Below are positions 28,360 through 42,230 of a DNA stretch of 64,000 bases, in pieces. The DNA lies in NCBI GenBank assembly GCA_965218795.1, contig OZ244653.1, forward strand, positions 2,368,001 through 2,432,000, given 5' to 3'. The position numbers and the translations under genes are program-made. Origin of the DNA: a bacterium (GTDB taxonomy: Bacteria > UBA8248 > JACPRG01 > G963555815). The notes under the pieces were generated by a model. The model did no database searches and was not told the DNA's origin. It saw nothing but the letters and a program-made list of their open reading frames with translations. How positions within the stretch are numbered: the first letter of the stretch is position 1; the number at the start of each line of letters is the position of its first letter.

Positions 28360-29430
28360 ATGGGACTTCTGCTGGATCTGATGGAGGGGGCGCGGAACTG
28401 CGTTCGCGGTTACGCCTGCGTGAAGCCGGGCGAAAAGGTTCTCCTCTGGACGGACCGGTCCGGCCAGGCGCATCCCGATGTGGTGAGGGCCTTTGGCGTG
28501 GCGGTCGAGGAAATCGGCGCGGAGGCCGTCTTCCTCTCGTCCAAATCCGGCGAATTCCGTCGGAAGCGGCCCCTGCAGAAGTCCGTGCTCTCCGCGATTC
28601 GGGAATCCGATGTCGTCTTGAGTTTCCAGAAGCTCGAGAACGCGGCGACGCTGCACAGCAACGAGGTCGCGGAGATCATCTTCTACACGCCGACCCGGAA
28701 CGCGGCAATCCTCACGCTGACCCCGGAGCTGCTGAACTCCGAGTGGGCGCGCTTTCCGGCCGACCTCCTCTTCGCGCTCAGCAGGAAAATCCGCGAGCAG
28801 GCGCAATCCTCCGGGTCGGATGTCTTCCGCATAACCGACGCGCACGGGTCCGACTTCACGGGGCGCATCTCCTACCGGTACGGTTTCAAGTATGTGGACC
28901 CGCCCAAGCAGTGGCAGTTCTTTCCCGGCGGGGACATGGCGGAGCTTCCGGACTCCCCGGTCAACGGCACGCTGGTCTTCGAACAGCTCGAGGGGTTCGC
29001 GGGTCTCCTGAGCGAGCCCATCCGCCTCACGGTCGAGGAACAGTGGATCACCCGTGTCGAAGGAGGGGAGGAGGCCCGCTGGTTCGGGGAGCAGATGAAG
29101 CGCTATGAGAACGGCAATTTCTTCTGCGAGGTCGCCGTGGGCGTCCACCCGAAGGCGCCCGTGTCCATCGGGCTGAAGACAAGGGCGATGGACACGATCA
29201 CGCATCGCCACTCCGGCACGTTTCATTGCGGCGTCGGCAAGTGGGCCAATCCCGATGTGAAGGTGAAAAGCGGGTGGCACTGGGACGGCGGAGGCCTCCG
29301 CCCCACTTTCACGGTGGGAGACGTGGAGCTCATCCGTGCGGGGAGGCTGACCGCGCTGGATGACCCGGAGATTCGGGAGCTCGCCTCCCGCTACGGCCAT
29401 CCGGACGACGTCCTGGCCGAGGTCTGGTAG
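28360..29430 (+). CDS. M29 aminopeptidase-like / NicX-like metalloprotein
   Basis: ACVKPGEKVLLWTD; PGGD..P..VNGTLVF..LSEPIRLTVE..VEGGEEA..EVAVGVHPKA..HSGTFHCGVG..HWD. Confidence 0.7.
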   Translation: MGLLLDLMEGARNCVRGYACVKPGEKVLLWTDRSGQAHPDVVRAFGVAVEEIGAEAVFLSSKSGEFRRKRPLQKSVLSAIRESDVVLSFQKLENAATLHSNEVAEIIFYTPTRNAAILTLTPELLNSEWARFPADLLFALSRKIREQAQSSGSDVFRITDAHGSDFTGRISYRYGFKYVDPPKQWQFFPGGDMAELPDSPVNGTLVFEQLEGFAGLLSEPIRLTVEEQWITRVEGGEEARWFGEQMKRYENGNFFCEVAVGVHPKAPVSIGLKTRAMDTITHRHSGTFHCGVGKWANPDVKVKSGWHWDGGGLRPTFTVGDVELIRAGRLTALDDPEIRELASRYGHPDDVLAEVW

Positions 29431-29463
29431 GGGGAGCCAACGCGGCGCTCCGATTTCGCGCTG

Positions 29464-29545
29464 TTTCGCAGCGCCCCCGGCGGCAACGTGCCGCGGCGAT
29501 TTCGCCGCGCTGGGCGCGGCAAGTGCCCTGGAATGCAGGGGCTGG
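29464..29545 (+). repeat. ~80-bp palindrome-containing intergenic repeat, copy 1
   Basis: TTTCGCAG..GGCGGCAACGTGCCGCGGCGATTTCGCCGCGCTGGGCGCGGCAAGTGCCCTGGAATGCAGGGGCTGG, similar to 30423-30503. Confidence 0.8.
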
Positions 29546-29583
29546 CCACCGTCCCGTCTTTCCGAATGATCCGGGGGTGCATC

Positions 29584-30399
29584 ATGATCCGCAGAGATTG
29601 GAAAGACGACTGGGTTCTGTTTGGCCAGCCGGAGCACGCCCGGATTTTCGGCGTTCTGGCCGAGGCCTGGGGCGCCGGCGATTTTGGCCGGCCCGAGCCG
29701 TGGGACGAAGTTCTCCGGGCTACGTTCGAGCATGATGTCGGCTGGTGGGATTGGGAAGAGGCGCCCACCCGCAACACGGACCGTCAGCCGGCGCATTTCA
29801 CCGAAACCCCCGTGGATGTGAATTTCGACATCTTCCGCAAGGGGGTCAATATCGTCTACAGCCGGGGGTATCCGTATTCAGCCGCCCTGGTCAGCCGTCA
29901 CGCGGGCAACGTCTATATCGGGATCCTGCGGGGGGCGGGCGCCCGGACAAAGTCGCCCGACGAGCAAGACAAGATCAGGGCCTACGTTGCGGAGCAGGAA
30001 GAACGGCAGGCCGGCTTGTGCCGGGAGATCAACGAGAGGGCGGGGGAGGGCACCGAGGAGGGCGTCACCATGGACAACGTGCATCGAAACGGCAGGTTCG
30101 TGACCACGATGGATACCCTCTCGCTGGTGCTTTGTAACGGCTGGACGCATCGGACCCGTTTGGAGGAGGTGCCGGTCGGGCCGTCGGGGGGTGAGGGATT
30201 TGCAGAGCTCGCCCTGGAGCTTGCGGACCCGTACTCTCTGCGGGTGTCTCCCTGGCCGTTCTCCCGGGATTCCGTGGAGGCGACGGCGCGGGGACGCCGA
30301 ATCCCTCGGGAATCGTTCGATTCGGACGAGGACCTCCACGCCGCGCTCCGGGAGGCCTCGCCGTTCGAGATGACCTTCCGCCTGACCCCCTCTGAGTAA
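29584..30399 (+). CDS. DUF3891-family protein
   Basis: MIRR..QPEHARIFGVLAEAWG..EHDVGWWDWE..YSAALVSRH..DTLSLVLC..VSPWPF. Confidence 0.85.
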   Translation: MIRRDWKDDWVLFGQPEHARIFGVLAEAWGAGDFGRPEPWDEVLRATFEHDVGWWDWEEAPTRNTDRQPAHFTETPVDVNFDIFRKGVNIVYSRGYPYSAALVSRHAGNVYIGILRGAGARTKSPDEQDKIRAYVAEQEERQAGLCREINERAGEGTEEGVTMDNVHRNGRFVTTMDTLSLVLCNGWTHRTRLEEVPVGPSGGEGFAELALELADPYSLRVSPWPFSRDSVEATARGRRIPRESFDSDEDLHAALREASPFEMTFRLTPSE

Positions 30400-30422
30400 T
30401 CTGCTGAATCCGTGGATGATTC

Positions 30423-30503
30423 TTTCGCAGGGCCTGGCGGCAACGCGCCTCAGCGATCTCGCCGCGCCAGGCGCGGCAGGTACCTTAAAAATGCAGGGGC
30501 TGG
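30423..30503 (+). repeat. ~80-bp intergenic repeat, copy 2
   Basis: TTTCGCAG..GGCGGCAACGCGCCTCAGCGATCTCGCCGCGCCAGGCGCGGCAGGTACCTTAAAAATGCAGGGGCTGG. Confidence 0.8.
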
Positions 30504-31464
30504 TCGGAGCCTGTCCCGAGCGAAGCGGGGGATCTTCGGCCCGGAGGCGACATGCCGCCCCGAAACTCGCGACCCTTTGGCCGGTGTCGCGTCGCACATT
30601 GCGGTAGTTTCCCGACCATCCCCCGCAGACAGAGTTGACGAAAACCCAGCGAGTGAATTCGTCACCGTCTTTCGGGGGATCCCTCCTTCCTTTCAGAATA
30701 GCGGATGGGGTGGGATGTTACCTTCCACCAAAGGGGACATATCAATCTGGTTTCGCTGGAATTTCGTATATTTCGGCATATATTCGTTTGAAGGACCAAT
30801 AACGGAGGATTTGGTTTGGAATGGAGTCTAACACGGCACATCGAAATTACCGATAGATCGACCTCGTTGAATCCTTTCGGTTCGTTGGGGCCGATTCCCA
30901 AAACGAAAGGTTTTCCGGGCGGAACGGACAGTCATCGACTGAAGACCGTCGCTGCATTGGAACGACTTGGGTTGGCCGCAGGGGCGGACCCCCCCGTTTT
31001 CGTCATGGGGTGAACAAGGCGCCGAGAGAAGAGGGTTGCATCGAATCGAGACCCTCTTGGAAAACAAAGAGCCCTTTTCTGAATGGTTCGGCTCCCTTGA
31101 GGGCTCTATGAGATTTCCAGCCAAACCAAATTCATCGGAAAAGTCGATTGAATCTGTCCAAGGAACCCCCCGAGAAACATTAAAGAAGGACTAAACAGAG
31201 CCAAATAGTTCTTCGGAATAAAGGAAATTTCGTTTGGCTTCAGGTTATGAAAGCTAAATGTTTGAGTTTCGATTATCGATAAAACCAATTAAAAAGCGAA
31301 TCCACAGACCCTGACACTGATTATAAGGAGAGAACAGGAATCCATAGATTTCACAGATGACGAAGATTTGAAAACGGCCCGAAGGGCGGGGACTGGGACC
31401 CGCCTCCAAGGAAGAATTCTTCGCCGGGAGATGCGACGCAAAACGTCGCGAATGCGGTCCAGGT

Positions 31465-32125
31465 CTATGACCTGGCGGAGGCGTAGACCTTGTGCATCTC
31501 CGTTCCGTACGATTTCAGGATCTGCTGGAACTTCCGCTCGCCGATATCCTGAACCCGGCGCTGGATCTCATTCGGTGGTCGCGAACTTCTCGAGGATGAG
31601 CCGGCCGTTGCGGATGTGTGAGCCCTCGTGGACCAGCACCTGATCGCGGATCAGGGCGGCGGTTTTGTCGTCCACGACCTCCATCATCCATTGGTACGTC
31701 GTGATGAGAATAATCTCGCCGTAGATCTGAAGCGCGGCGGCCAACTCCCACGGCTCCTCATAATCGTTGGTGACCGTCCGCATGGCCAGGTCTTCGGGGA
31801 AGGGCTCGTAATCGGCCAGGTTGCCGTTGTCGCCGAGCTCGTTCACGCGCTGGGCGAAGATCCGGTAGTGGAGAAACTCCTCGCAGAGCTGGCGGGTGAT
31901 GAGGACTTTCAGCTCGACCTCGGTATCGGGAAGCTCCATCAGCTGCTTGGAGGGCGGGATGACGCCCAGCCAGTACTCGCGGAACATTTGGGTCTTGAGT
32001 TGCTGGATGGTCCGCTCTTTTGAAAGCGGCTCGAAGTTCGTGTACACCTTCGCCTTGAGAATTTCGCCCATCTCTTCGGCGTGCCGAATGACCTTATGCG
32101 CGAATTCACGGCTGTCCATTGCCAT
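31465..32125 (-). CDS. Ferritin-like di-iron protein with a 1-nt frameshift near the C-terminus
   Basis: E..EEFLH..E..HEGSH ligand pattern; the frame stops at 31568 but continues DEIQRRVQDIG..ARS* in the next frame. Confidence 0.75.
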
Positions 32126-32346
32126 GACGTTTCCCCCCCTCGCGATCAACTCTTCGAAACAATCCGAATCAGGCGATCCGCCGGCCCGATGGACGAAATG
32201 TCACCGTACCGGACGGAAATCGGTTACTCGACCCCCCAGCTCCTTCAGCATTCTACGGTATTCGAGGGCGGGCGTATCCGGCGCCCTTGACGTGGAGCAC
32301 CTCCGGCCGCTGGTTTTCCGTAATCGTGTGGTCTTGTCGGTTCGGC

Positions 32347-35411
<3,065 letters not shown>

Positions 35412-35565
35412 GGCGTCTCCCACAATCGACGGAGCGGCACGGCGTAGAGGCCGTCGCCGAAACGCGCGCTGGTCTCTCCATCGTAGAGTACCAAGCCACC
35501 CGAGAATCGCTTGCCGGCGGCGTTCGCGAGCTTGCGCAGGCCGTGGAAATCCGCCGCGGTCACCG

Positions 35566-36609
35566 TCAACGTCGCCGGGCGCTTCCGCCCGCTGGCCTTG
35601 GATGCTCGGATTGAGTTTCACCCTTTTCTCTCTTGATGATCCAGTCCATCGCGATCTGCTTCAACGCTTTCAGGCGGGCTTTGTCGCGTTCCGTCATTTC
35701 TATTCCCGCAGCGCGAATAAACCACAGATAGGCGCAGTAGGACACGGTACCCGATCCCCTGTCCGGGATATGAAACAATCTCATGGCCTCGCCAAACTCC
35801 CAGGACCACGTTGGACGGTCAGGCAGCACTTCCTTCGGTTTCGTGCGCCAAGTGAAACAGGGCAGCGTCGGAAGCCGCAGTTCTTGGTCCATGTTTCCGG
35901 CGGTATCGAATACCAACTGCCTGAACGTCTTGCTCTTGGCCGCACGAGCCGCTTCCTGGACCAGATACCATCCGGCCAACACGACGAACACACTGGCATA
36001 AAACTCGAAGAAAGTCCGCGCCGGCTGGGGCATGTTGTTCGTCCAGTCGATGTCGACATGGGCACCGCGCTTGTTCCTCATCCTCGACACGACTTCTCGA
36101 ACAGTCATCGTCGTTGCGTTCGCCTGCACAAGCTCTTGCCTTCCCCACTTGGCGAGCGACAAGCCGGCGTTTGCGTTGTTCCAGGGCCAGGACATCTGAA
36201 ATTGGTTCGTGTCCGCCTTGTACGCCAAGCCGTGCAACGGGAAAACAGCGCTCAGGTTGCATATCGCAACGCCCCTGGCGAGACTCGACGGCGGTTGCGG
36301 CTCCGGCGGCTCAATAGTCAGGTAAATAGGCTTCCATAACTCATAGACATCGCCGTCGAGTAGGCGGTTGTCGGCCAACGAAGGAAGTGTCGGTTTCTCT
36401 ACGCAACGCAGCAATGGTTGATTACCGAACAGTATCTTGTGCACGGCCACCGATATGCTGGCCGACACCCTGCGGAGAGTTCCTTCCGTCGGCGCACTTG
36501 TCTCCAGCGCACGCAAACCTTGTGCCACCGAAACCAGCGCATCGCCGAACGGCACGCGGTAGTCCATCATGCTCTTGGTTTTCTCGTTGACTTTCCAAGG
36601 AGGGATCAT
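35566..36609 (-). CDS. Hypothetical protein with a HEPN-like RxxxxxH motif
   Basis: ATGA-coupled to the upstream ORF; [28 protein letters not shown]; codon usage differs from the flanks. Confidence 0.55.
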   Translation of the reverse strand: MIPPWKVNEKTKSMMDYRVPFGDALVSVAQGLRALETSAPTEGTLRRVSASISVAVHKILFGNQPLLRCVEKPTLPSLADNRLLDGDVYELWKPIYLTIEPPEPQPPSSLARGVAICNLSAVFPLHGLAYKADTNQFQMSWPWNNANAGLSLAKWGRQELVQANATTMTVREVVSRMRNKRGAHVDIDWTNNMPQPARTFFEFYASVFVVLAGWYLVQEAARAAKSKTFRQLVFDTAGNMDQELRLPTLPCFTWRTKPKEVLPDRPTWSWEFGEAMRLFHIPDRGSGTVSYCAYLWFIRAAGIEMTERDKARLKALKQIAMDWIIKREKGETQSEHPRPAGGSARRR

Positions 36610-37287
36610 GCCTCTGCTCCGATGGAATGGTGCTCGCTCATCTTCTCTGCTCCTCCACAAGTCAAAAACTCCAACAACAGTCTCTGCCAACACGGCCGAC
36701 GGGCGGCATTGCGCGGCCCGGTCCCGTCGAGGCAGATCCGAGTCAGCACGTCGAACCGCCGTTCCTTGAGATACGTGAACGCCTCGGTCGACAGGTGGGA
36801 CACCAGTCCGTCGACGCTCGCCGGCCGGGAGTATTTCTCCGCGTAGCACCGCCACAGCACATGCACCCCTCGCAGCAGACGTAGCTCCACGGGTCGACGC
36901 CTTCGAACGTGACGCCGATGGCGCGGAGCACGACCACCGGATCGCTCCTGTACTTTCGCTTGCAGTCCTCGGTGTTGTGGCACAGGTGCGATGCGACGAA
37001 TCCGTTGAGCGACTTCGGCACTTCGGCCGGCAGGACGGCACCGCCGGGCGGCCGTACCGTAGCTACCGACGTCCCACACGACGACCATGCCGACCGCCCG
37101 TGTCCCGGTGTCCCAGAGATACCGGACCATCCTCAGTCGATAGACGTAGTCCCGAAGCACGAGGCAGATCCACCTGCAGCGCGCCGGCGTCGGGCGGCTT
37201 GTTGTCGTACCTCCGCGCGGCGCGGAGCTTGGCTTCGGCGGCGTTGCGGATGTCAGCCACCTCATCCTCCGACAATCTCGAACTCAC
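36606..37287 (-). pseudogene. Hypothetical protein, multiply frameshifted
   Basis: Protein-like segments in successive frames (MSSRLSEDEVADIRNAAEAK.., LVSHLSTEAFTYLKERRFDVL..); its stop overlaps the next start. Confidence 0.4.
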
Positions 37288-37438
37288 CTATCTCTACCGC
37301 TAGGTCAACGGGAATCCAATCTTATGGTGGAACCCGCTTGAGTTGGAGTCCTCACCTGGAGTTTCGCAGGAAATACGAATGTTGCACCAGTGCTTCGAAT
37401 TCTGCCTTGTGCTTCATAAACAATCTCTCCGCACTACT

Positions 37439-39751
37439 TTAATTCCCAACGCGTACCTCCCCCGACACCAGCTTCGGCAGCAGCGTGTCACGCAGGGCAG
37501 CGAGGGTACGGGATTCTGTAATGCTGGACCTGATTCTCGCATCTAGCGGCCGAGCGCATGAATCGAACACATTAACGATGCTAGGGTCTGGTTCAATCAC
37601 CCGCAAGGCTTCAAACTGACTCTTGTTGATAGCACCGAATACTGTCCCTGTATGCTCATATTCTCGGAGTCGCCCCTGAATCCTCCAAGCAGAATAGTAG
37701 GTGAATGGTATCGTATCTAACTTGTGCCTCAGCGCCGCCACGCCTCGACCGATACAACATCTTTCCCAAGCCATGTTGATATCCCCTACGGGTGCGCGCA
37801 CGCTAACGAGGGTATCCGCGGGCTGGGCAATGCGGGTTGGAGCGGTACAGAACTTGCGATTTTCAGGATAACGGAAACCAAAGTCAGACCGGCCCTGGAA
37901 GAAAGGCAAGCCTTCACCGTGTTCGTTGTAGGTGCTGCCTGGCGGTGACTGTCCCATCGTTAGGTCGAAGCACTTCCCCAATGCCTTAACCTCCCACCCC
38001 TCCGGGATCTCGCCCAGTTCGGAATCCACAAAACTATCCGGAAACAAGGCCGCGATCTCTTCGCCCATGCCGTCAAGATAGGCGCGGGCGCGTTCGACCG
38101 TCCAATCACTCCCCCCTGGAGGGGGACTCGCAGAAGCCGAGCCGTGAGGCGACGGCTGATGCGGTGGGGGGAACCCCCTCCCCGAAAGACTGTCGTCTTT
38201 CGACCCTCCCTCAAGGGGAGGGTGATGCGTCAGTGCGGCATAAATGCTCTCCAGCACCCCGAAGCAGTTCTCGAAGACTTCATTGTTCCAGAAGCGCAGG
38301 ACGCGATAGCCTCTTTGCCGCAGAAATTCCTCGCGCTCGCGGTCGTGGGCTTTTCGTTCCGCGTGGCCGCCGCCGTCGAGTTCGATCAGCAGCTTTTGGG
38401 AGATGCACGCGAAGTCCACGATATACGGACCGATGGGCTGTTGGCGGCGGAATTTGTGGCCGTCCAGTTGTTTGTCGCGCAGGCAGTGCCAGAGGAGACT
38501 CTCCGCGTTGGTCTGGTTGCAGCGGAGGGTTTTGGCGTTTTGCAGGGTCTGTTGGGTGTATCGGCGCTTGATTTCCCCCCACCTGTTCGTCCCCCCACCG
38601 GCTCGGCTGCGGACTTCGTCCTTGCCTTGCCGACTCCCCCTCAAGGGGGGAGTGATGGATGGCGTGGCGTTCGAGGGCGGCCTTGGCCGACTCCCTATCG
38701 GGAGAGGAGTGGTGTCTGAAGGGGCCGCATCGGTGGACCGGGCTTTGGCCGACTCCCCCTCAAGGGAGGAGTGAGCGGCGGCGTGGCGCTTGAGGGCGGC
38801 CTTGGCGCGGACGGGGTCGAAATCGACGAACCAGGACTTGAACAGGGCCCGGGCCATGGCCTCCAGGGTCTCGTTCATCCGCCGGTTCAACTCGATCTTG
38901 TCGTCCAGCGTGCCGAGGACATGGGCGATGGCGCGTTGTTCAGGGAGGGGGGGAAGAAGGAAGCGAAACCGCTTGATGCGTTCAGGCGATGTGTGCCTAA
39001 CGGTCGTCCCGGTGGCGCTTGCAAGCACCTCATGTCGATACTCTGCGCTACACATGACATAGTAGAGATATCTTACGTTTAATGACAGTTTGTCTTTGAT
39101 CACGACTTTTCCAAGCCGCTGGTTGTGCAGATAGCGGCGTCCTTCTGGATACGTCGATACAAATGCCGGATAACCTAGGGTATCCGTCTGCTTGCTCAGA
39201 TCGGTCATTGTAACGAGCAAATCGCCGTTACTAAGAATGAACTCTTCGGGGGGTGAACCATCGTAATATTTGAACTTATCGTCTTTAAATCCGCCACCAA
39301 TTGCGAAGTTACCAGGCGTCAGCAATACATCACCGCATTCTTCTTCGTGGATAAACGCTCCTTTGAAAGCGAACCCATGCCTTATGTCGATTAAATCAGC
39401 AAGCGATGTTTGAACCCACTCGCCCGCCACACCCTGCTCTTTGTTCTCCGCCAACACCACGTGCTCCGCTTCAATCTGCTTGCGGAACTGCTCGGGCACG
39501 TCGTCCCAAACGAACAGATCCACGCGAAAGGGCAGACTGCTTTCCTCGAACGCTTCCCTGAGATCGGACACCCGGCGGTCCTGCTCCGGCGTAGCGAAGA
39601 CCACCAAGTCGAGATCGGATTGCGGGCGGGAGGTCCACTTGACCCGGGAGCCGTAGACCCAGGCTTCAGTGTTCGGCAGATGCCGTTCGAGCAGCGCCAG
39701 AAGGGTTTTTCGCTGATCCGCGGTGATGTCGATGGGCCGGTCTATTCCCAT
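37439..39751 (-). CDS. hsdS: Type I specificity subunit with N-terminal minimal nucleotidyltransferase (MNT) and internal DUF559 insertion
   Basis: N-terminal WVYGSRVKW..SDLDL..ESSLPFRVDL (MNT); TRD1; PPLPEQRAIAHVLGTLDDKIELNRRMNETLEAMARALFKSWFVDF; insert; FPDSFVDSELGEIPEGW; TRD2; LAALRDTLLPKLVSGE. Confidence 0.93.
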   Translation of the reverse strand: MGIDRPIDITADQRKTLLALLERHLPNTEAWVYGSRVKWTSRPQSDLDLVVFATPEQDRRVSDLREAFEESSLPFRVDLFVWDDVPEQFRKQIEAEHVVLAENKEQGVAGEWVQTSLADLIDIRHGFAFKGAFIHEEECGDVLLTPGNFAIGGGFKDDKFKYYDGSPPEEFILSNGDLLVTMTDLSKQTDTLGYPAFVSTYPEGRRYLHNQRLGKVVIKDKLSLNVRYLYYVMCSAEYRHEVLASATGTTVRHTSPERIKRFRFLLPPLPEQRAIAHVLGTLDDKIELNRRMNETLEAMARALFKSWFVDFDPVRAKAALKRHAAAHSSLEGESAKARSTDAAPSDTTPLPIGSRPRPPSNATPSITPPLRGSRQGKDEVRSRAGGGTNRWGEIKRRYTQQTLQNAKTLRCNQTNAESLLWHCLRDKQLDGHKFRRQQPIGPYIVDFACISQKLLIELDGGGHAERKAHDREREEFLRQRGYRVLRFWNNEVFENCFGVLESIYAALTHHPPLEGGSKDDSLSGRGFPPPHQPSPHGSASASPPPGGSDWTVERARAYLDGMGEEIAALFPDSFVDSELGEIPEGWEVKALGKCFDLTMGQSPPGSTYNEHGEGLPFFQGRSDFGFRYPENRKFCTAPTRIAQPADTLVSVRAPVGDINMAWERCCIGRGVAALRHKLDTIPFTYYSAWRIQGRLREYEHTGTVFGAINKSQFEALRVIEPDPSIVNVFDSCARPLDARIRSSITESRTLAALRDTLLPKLVSGEVRVGN
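38106..38774 (-). mobile_element. DUF559 (Vsr-like endonuclease) module flanked by five ~25-bp palindromic repeats, in-frame within hsdS
   Basis: AKTLRCNQTNAESLLW..KFRRQQPIGPYIVDFAC..IELDGGGH..GYRVLRFWNNEV. Repeats of consensus CGACTCCCCCTCAAGGGGGGAGTGA at 38106-38130 (minus), 38201-38225, 38631-38655, 38688-38712 and 38750-38774. Confidence 0.85.
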
Positions 39752-40158
39752 GTCGTCCCGCTCATGGTCTGATAGAGGCCGATGGCGTCGTCGATGAAGG
39801 CGGGCATGAGCTCCAGGCAGGATTGCGCCTTCTCGCCACTGTAGTCGTGGGACGTATCGACGCGGGCGTCGGCGTAATGCAACCATTGCTCCAGCGGCGC
39901 GGCGAACAGGTCGTTCTCGTACGCCAGTTTGAAGATGGGTTTGGGGCTGTTGGGCGCGTCCGCGATGCCCAGATCTTCGATCAGGTATCGTTTCAACACC
40001 TTCCACAGACAGTCGTAGCAGGTCTCGAAACGCTGAATGACCGACTCGGCGACGGCTTCCTGGGTCAAATCGGGCAGGGAGTCGTCAGGTTCTCGATAAT
40101 TTTCGTACTGCTCCTCCAGCCGCTTGAGCGACATGCGATATTTGTCGTAATCGATCAT
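39742..40158 (-). CDS. HEPN-domain protein (HI0074 / nucleotidyltransferase substrate-binding family)
   Basis: VIQRFETCYDCLWKVLKRYL..SPKPIFKLA..W....ARVDTSHDY (Rx4HxY); overlaps the MNT-hsdS start. Confidence 0.9.
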   Translation of the reverse strand: MIDYDKYRMSLKRLEEQYENYREPDDSLPDLTQEAVAESVIQRFETCYDCLWKVLKRYLIEDLGIADAPNSPKPIFKLAYENDLFAAPLEQWLHYADARVDTSHDYSGEKAQSCLELMPAFIDDAIGLYQTMSGTTWE

Positions 40159-40181
40159 GCTCTACCTTCGGCTCTCTTTCA

Positions 40182-40423
40182 TCAATTGGATACCCGACGG
40201 AGAACCAGGGCCTCGACGACCTCGGCGCCGTCCGGGGTCCCTTCCGCCGGATGGAGCGGCTCTCCGTGCCGTCCCTCCCAGTCATGTGTACCGGTGTTCA
40301 GACTGATCTTCGTTATGGAGATCTGCCGCGGAGACAGGTCGTCGCAGCCATCTTCGTAGCCGTTCACCACCACGCGCAGGTCGGCGGGATATTCTCGAAG
40401 CAGGTCGATCAACTCACTGACTA

Positions 40424-40427
<4 letters not shown>
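40182..40427 (-). CDS. Small hypothetical protein
   Basis: [31 protein letters not shown]; ATGA overlap with hsdM; GGAGGAG RBS. Confidence 0.75.
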
Positions 40428-42052
<1,625 letters not shown>

Positions 42053-42230
42053 GCGCCTTCCGTAAGGTTTTTTTTAATCATATCGCCATGAAAGCAGAAT
42101 TTCCATCCGGACTGTGTCGACTCATTCCCCGTTTCTCAAAGATGGATTTGACCATTGAGGGAAGCGTAGAGTATCCTGCTGTGGAGCACAGTGAACTGAA
42201 TATTGTATGCAACCTCTGGAGGGCAAGCTG

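Noticed and set aside
31568-31570. TGA ending the ferritin-like ORF as a read-through codon
   Set aside because: The protein-like continuation is in a different frame, indicating an indel rather than recoding.
32253-32340. RPEVLHVKGAGY as a catalase fragment
   Set aside because: Too short and divergent from RIPERVVHAKG to support.
38106-38774. Repeated 25-bp palindromes as a CRISPR array
   Set aside because: Irregular spacing, mixed orientation, degenerate copies, located within an ORF, and no cas genes.
39752-40006. N-terminal 85 aa of the 855-aa hsdS ORF
   Set aside because: Overlaps the HEPN gene in another frame; the MNT domain starts at ATG 39751.
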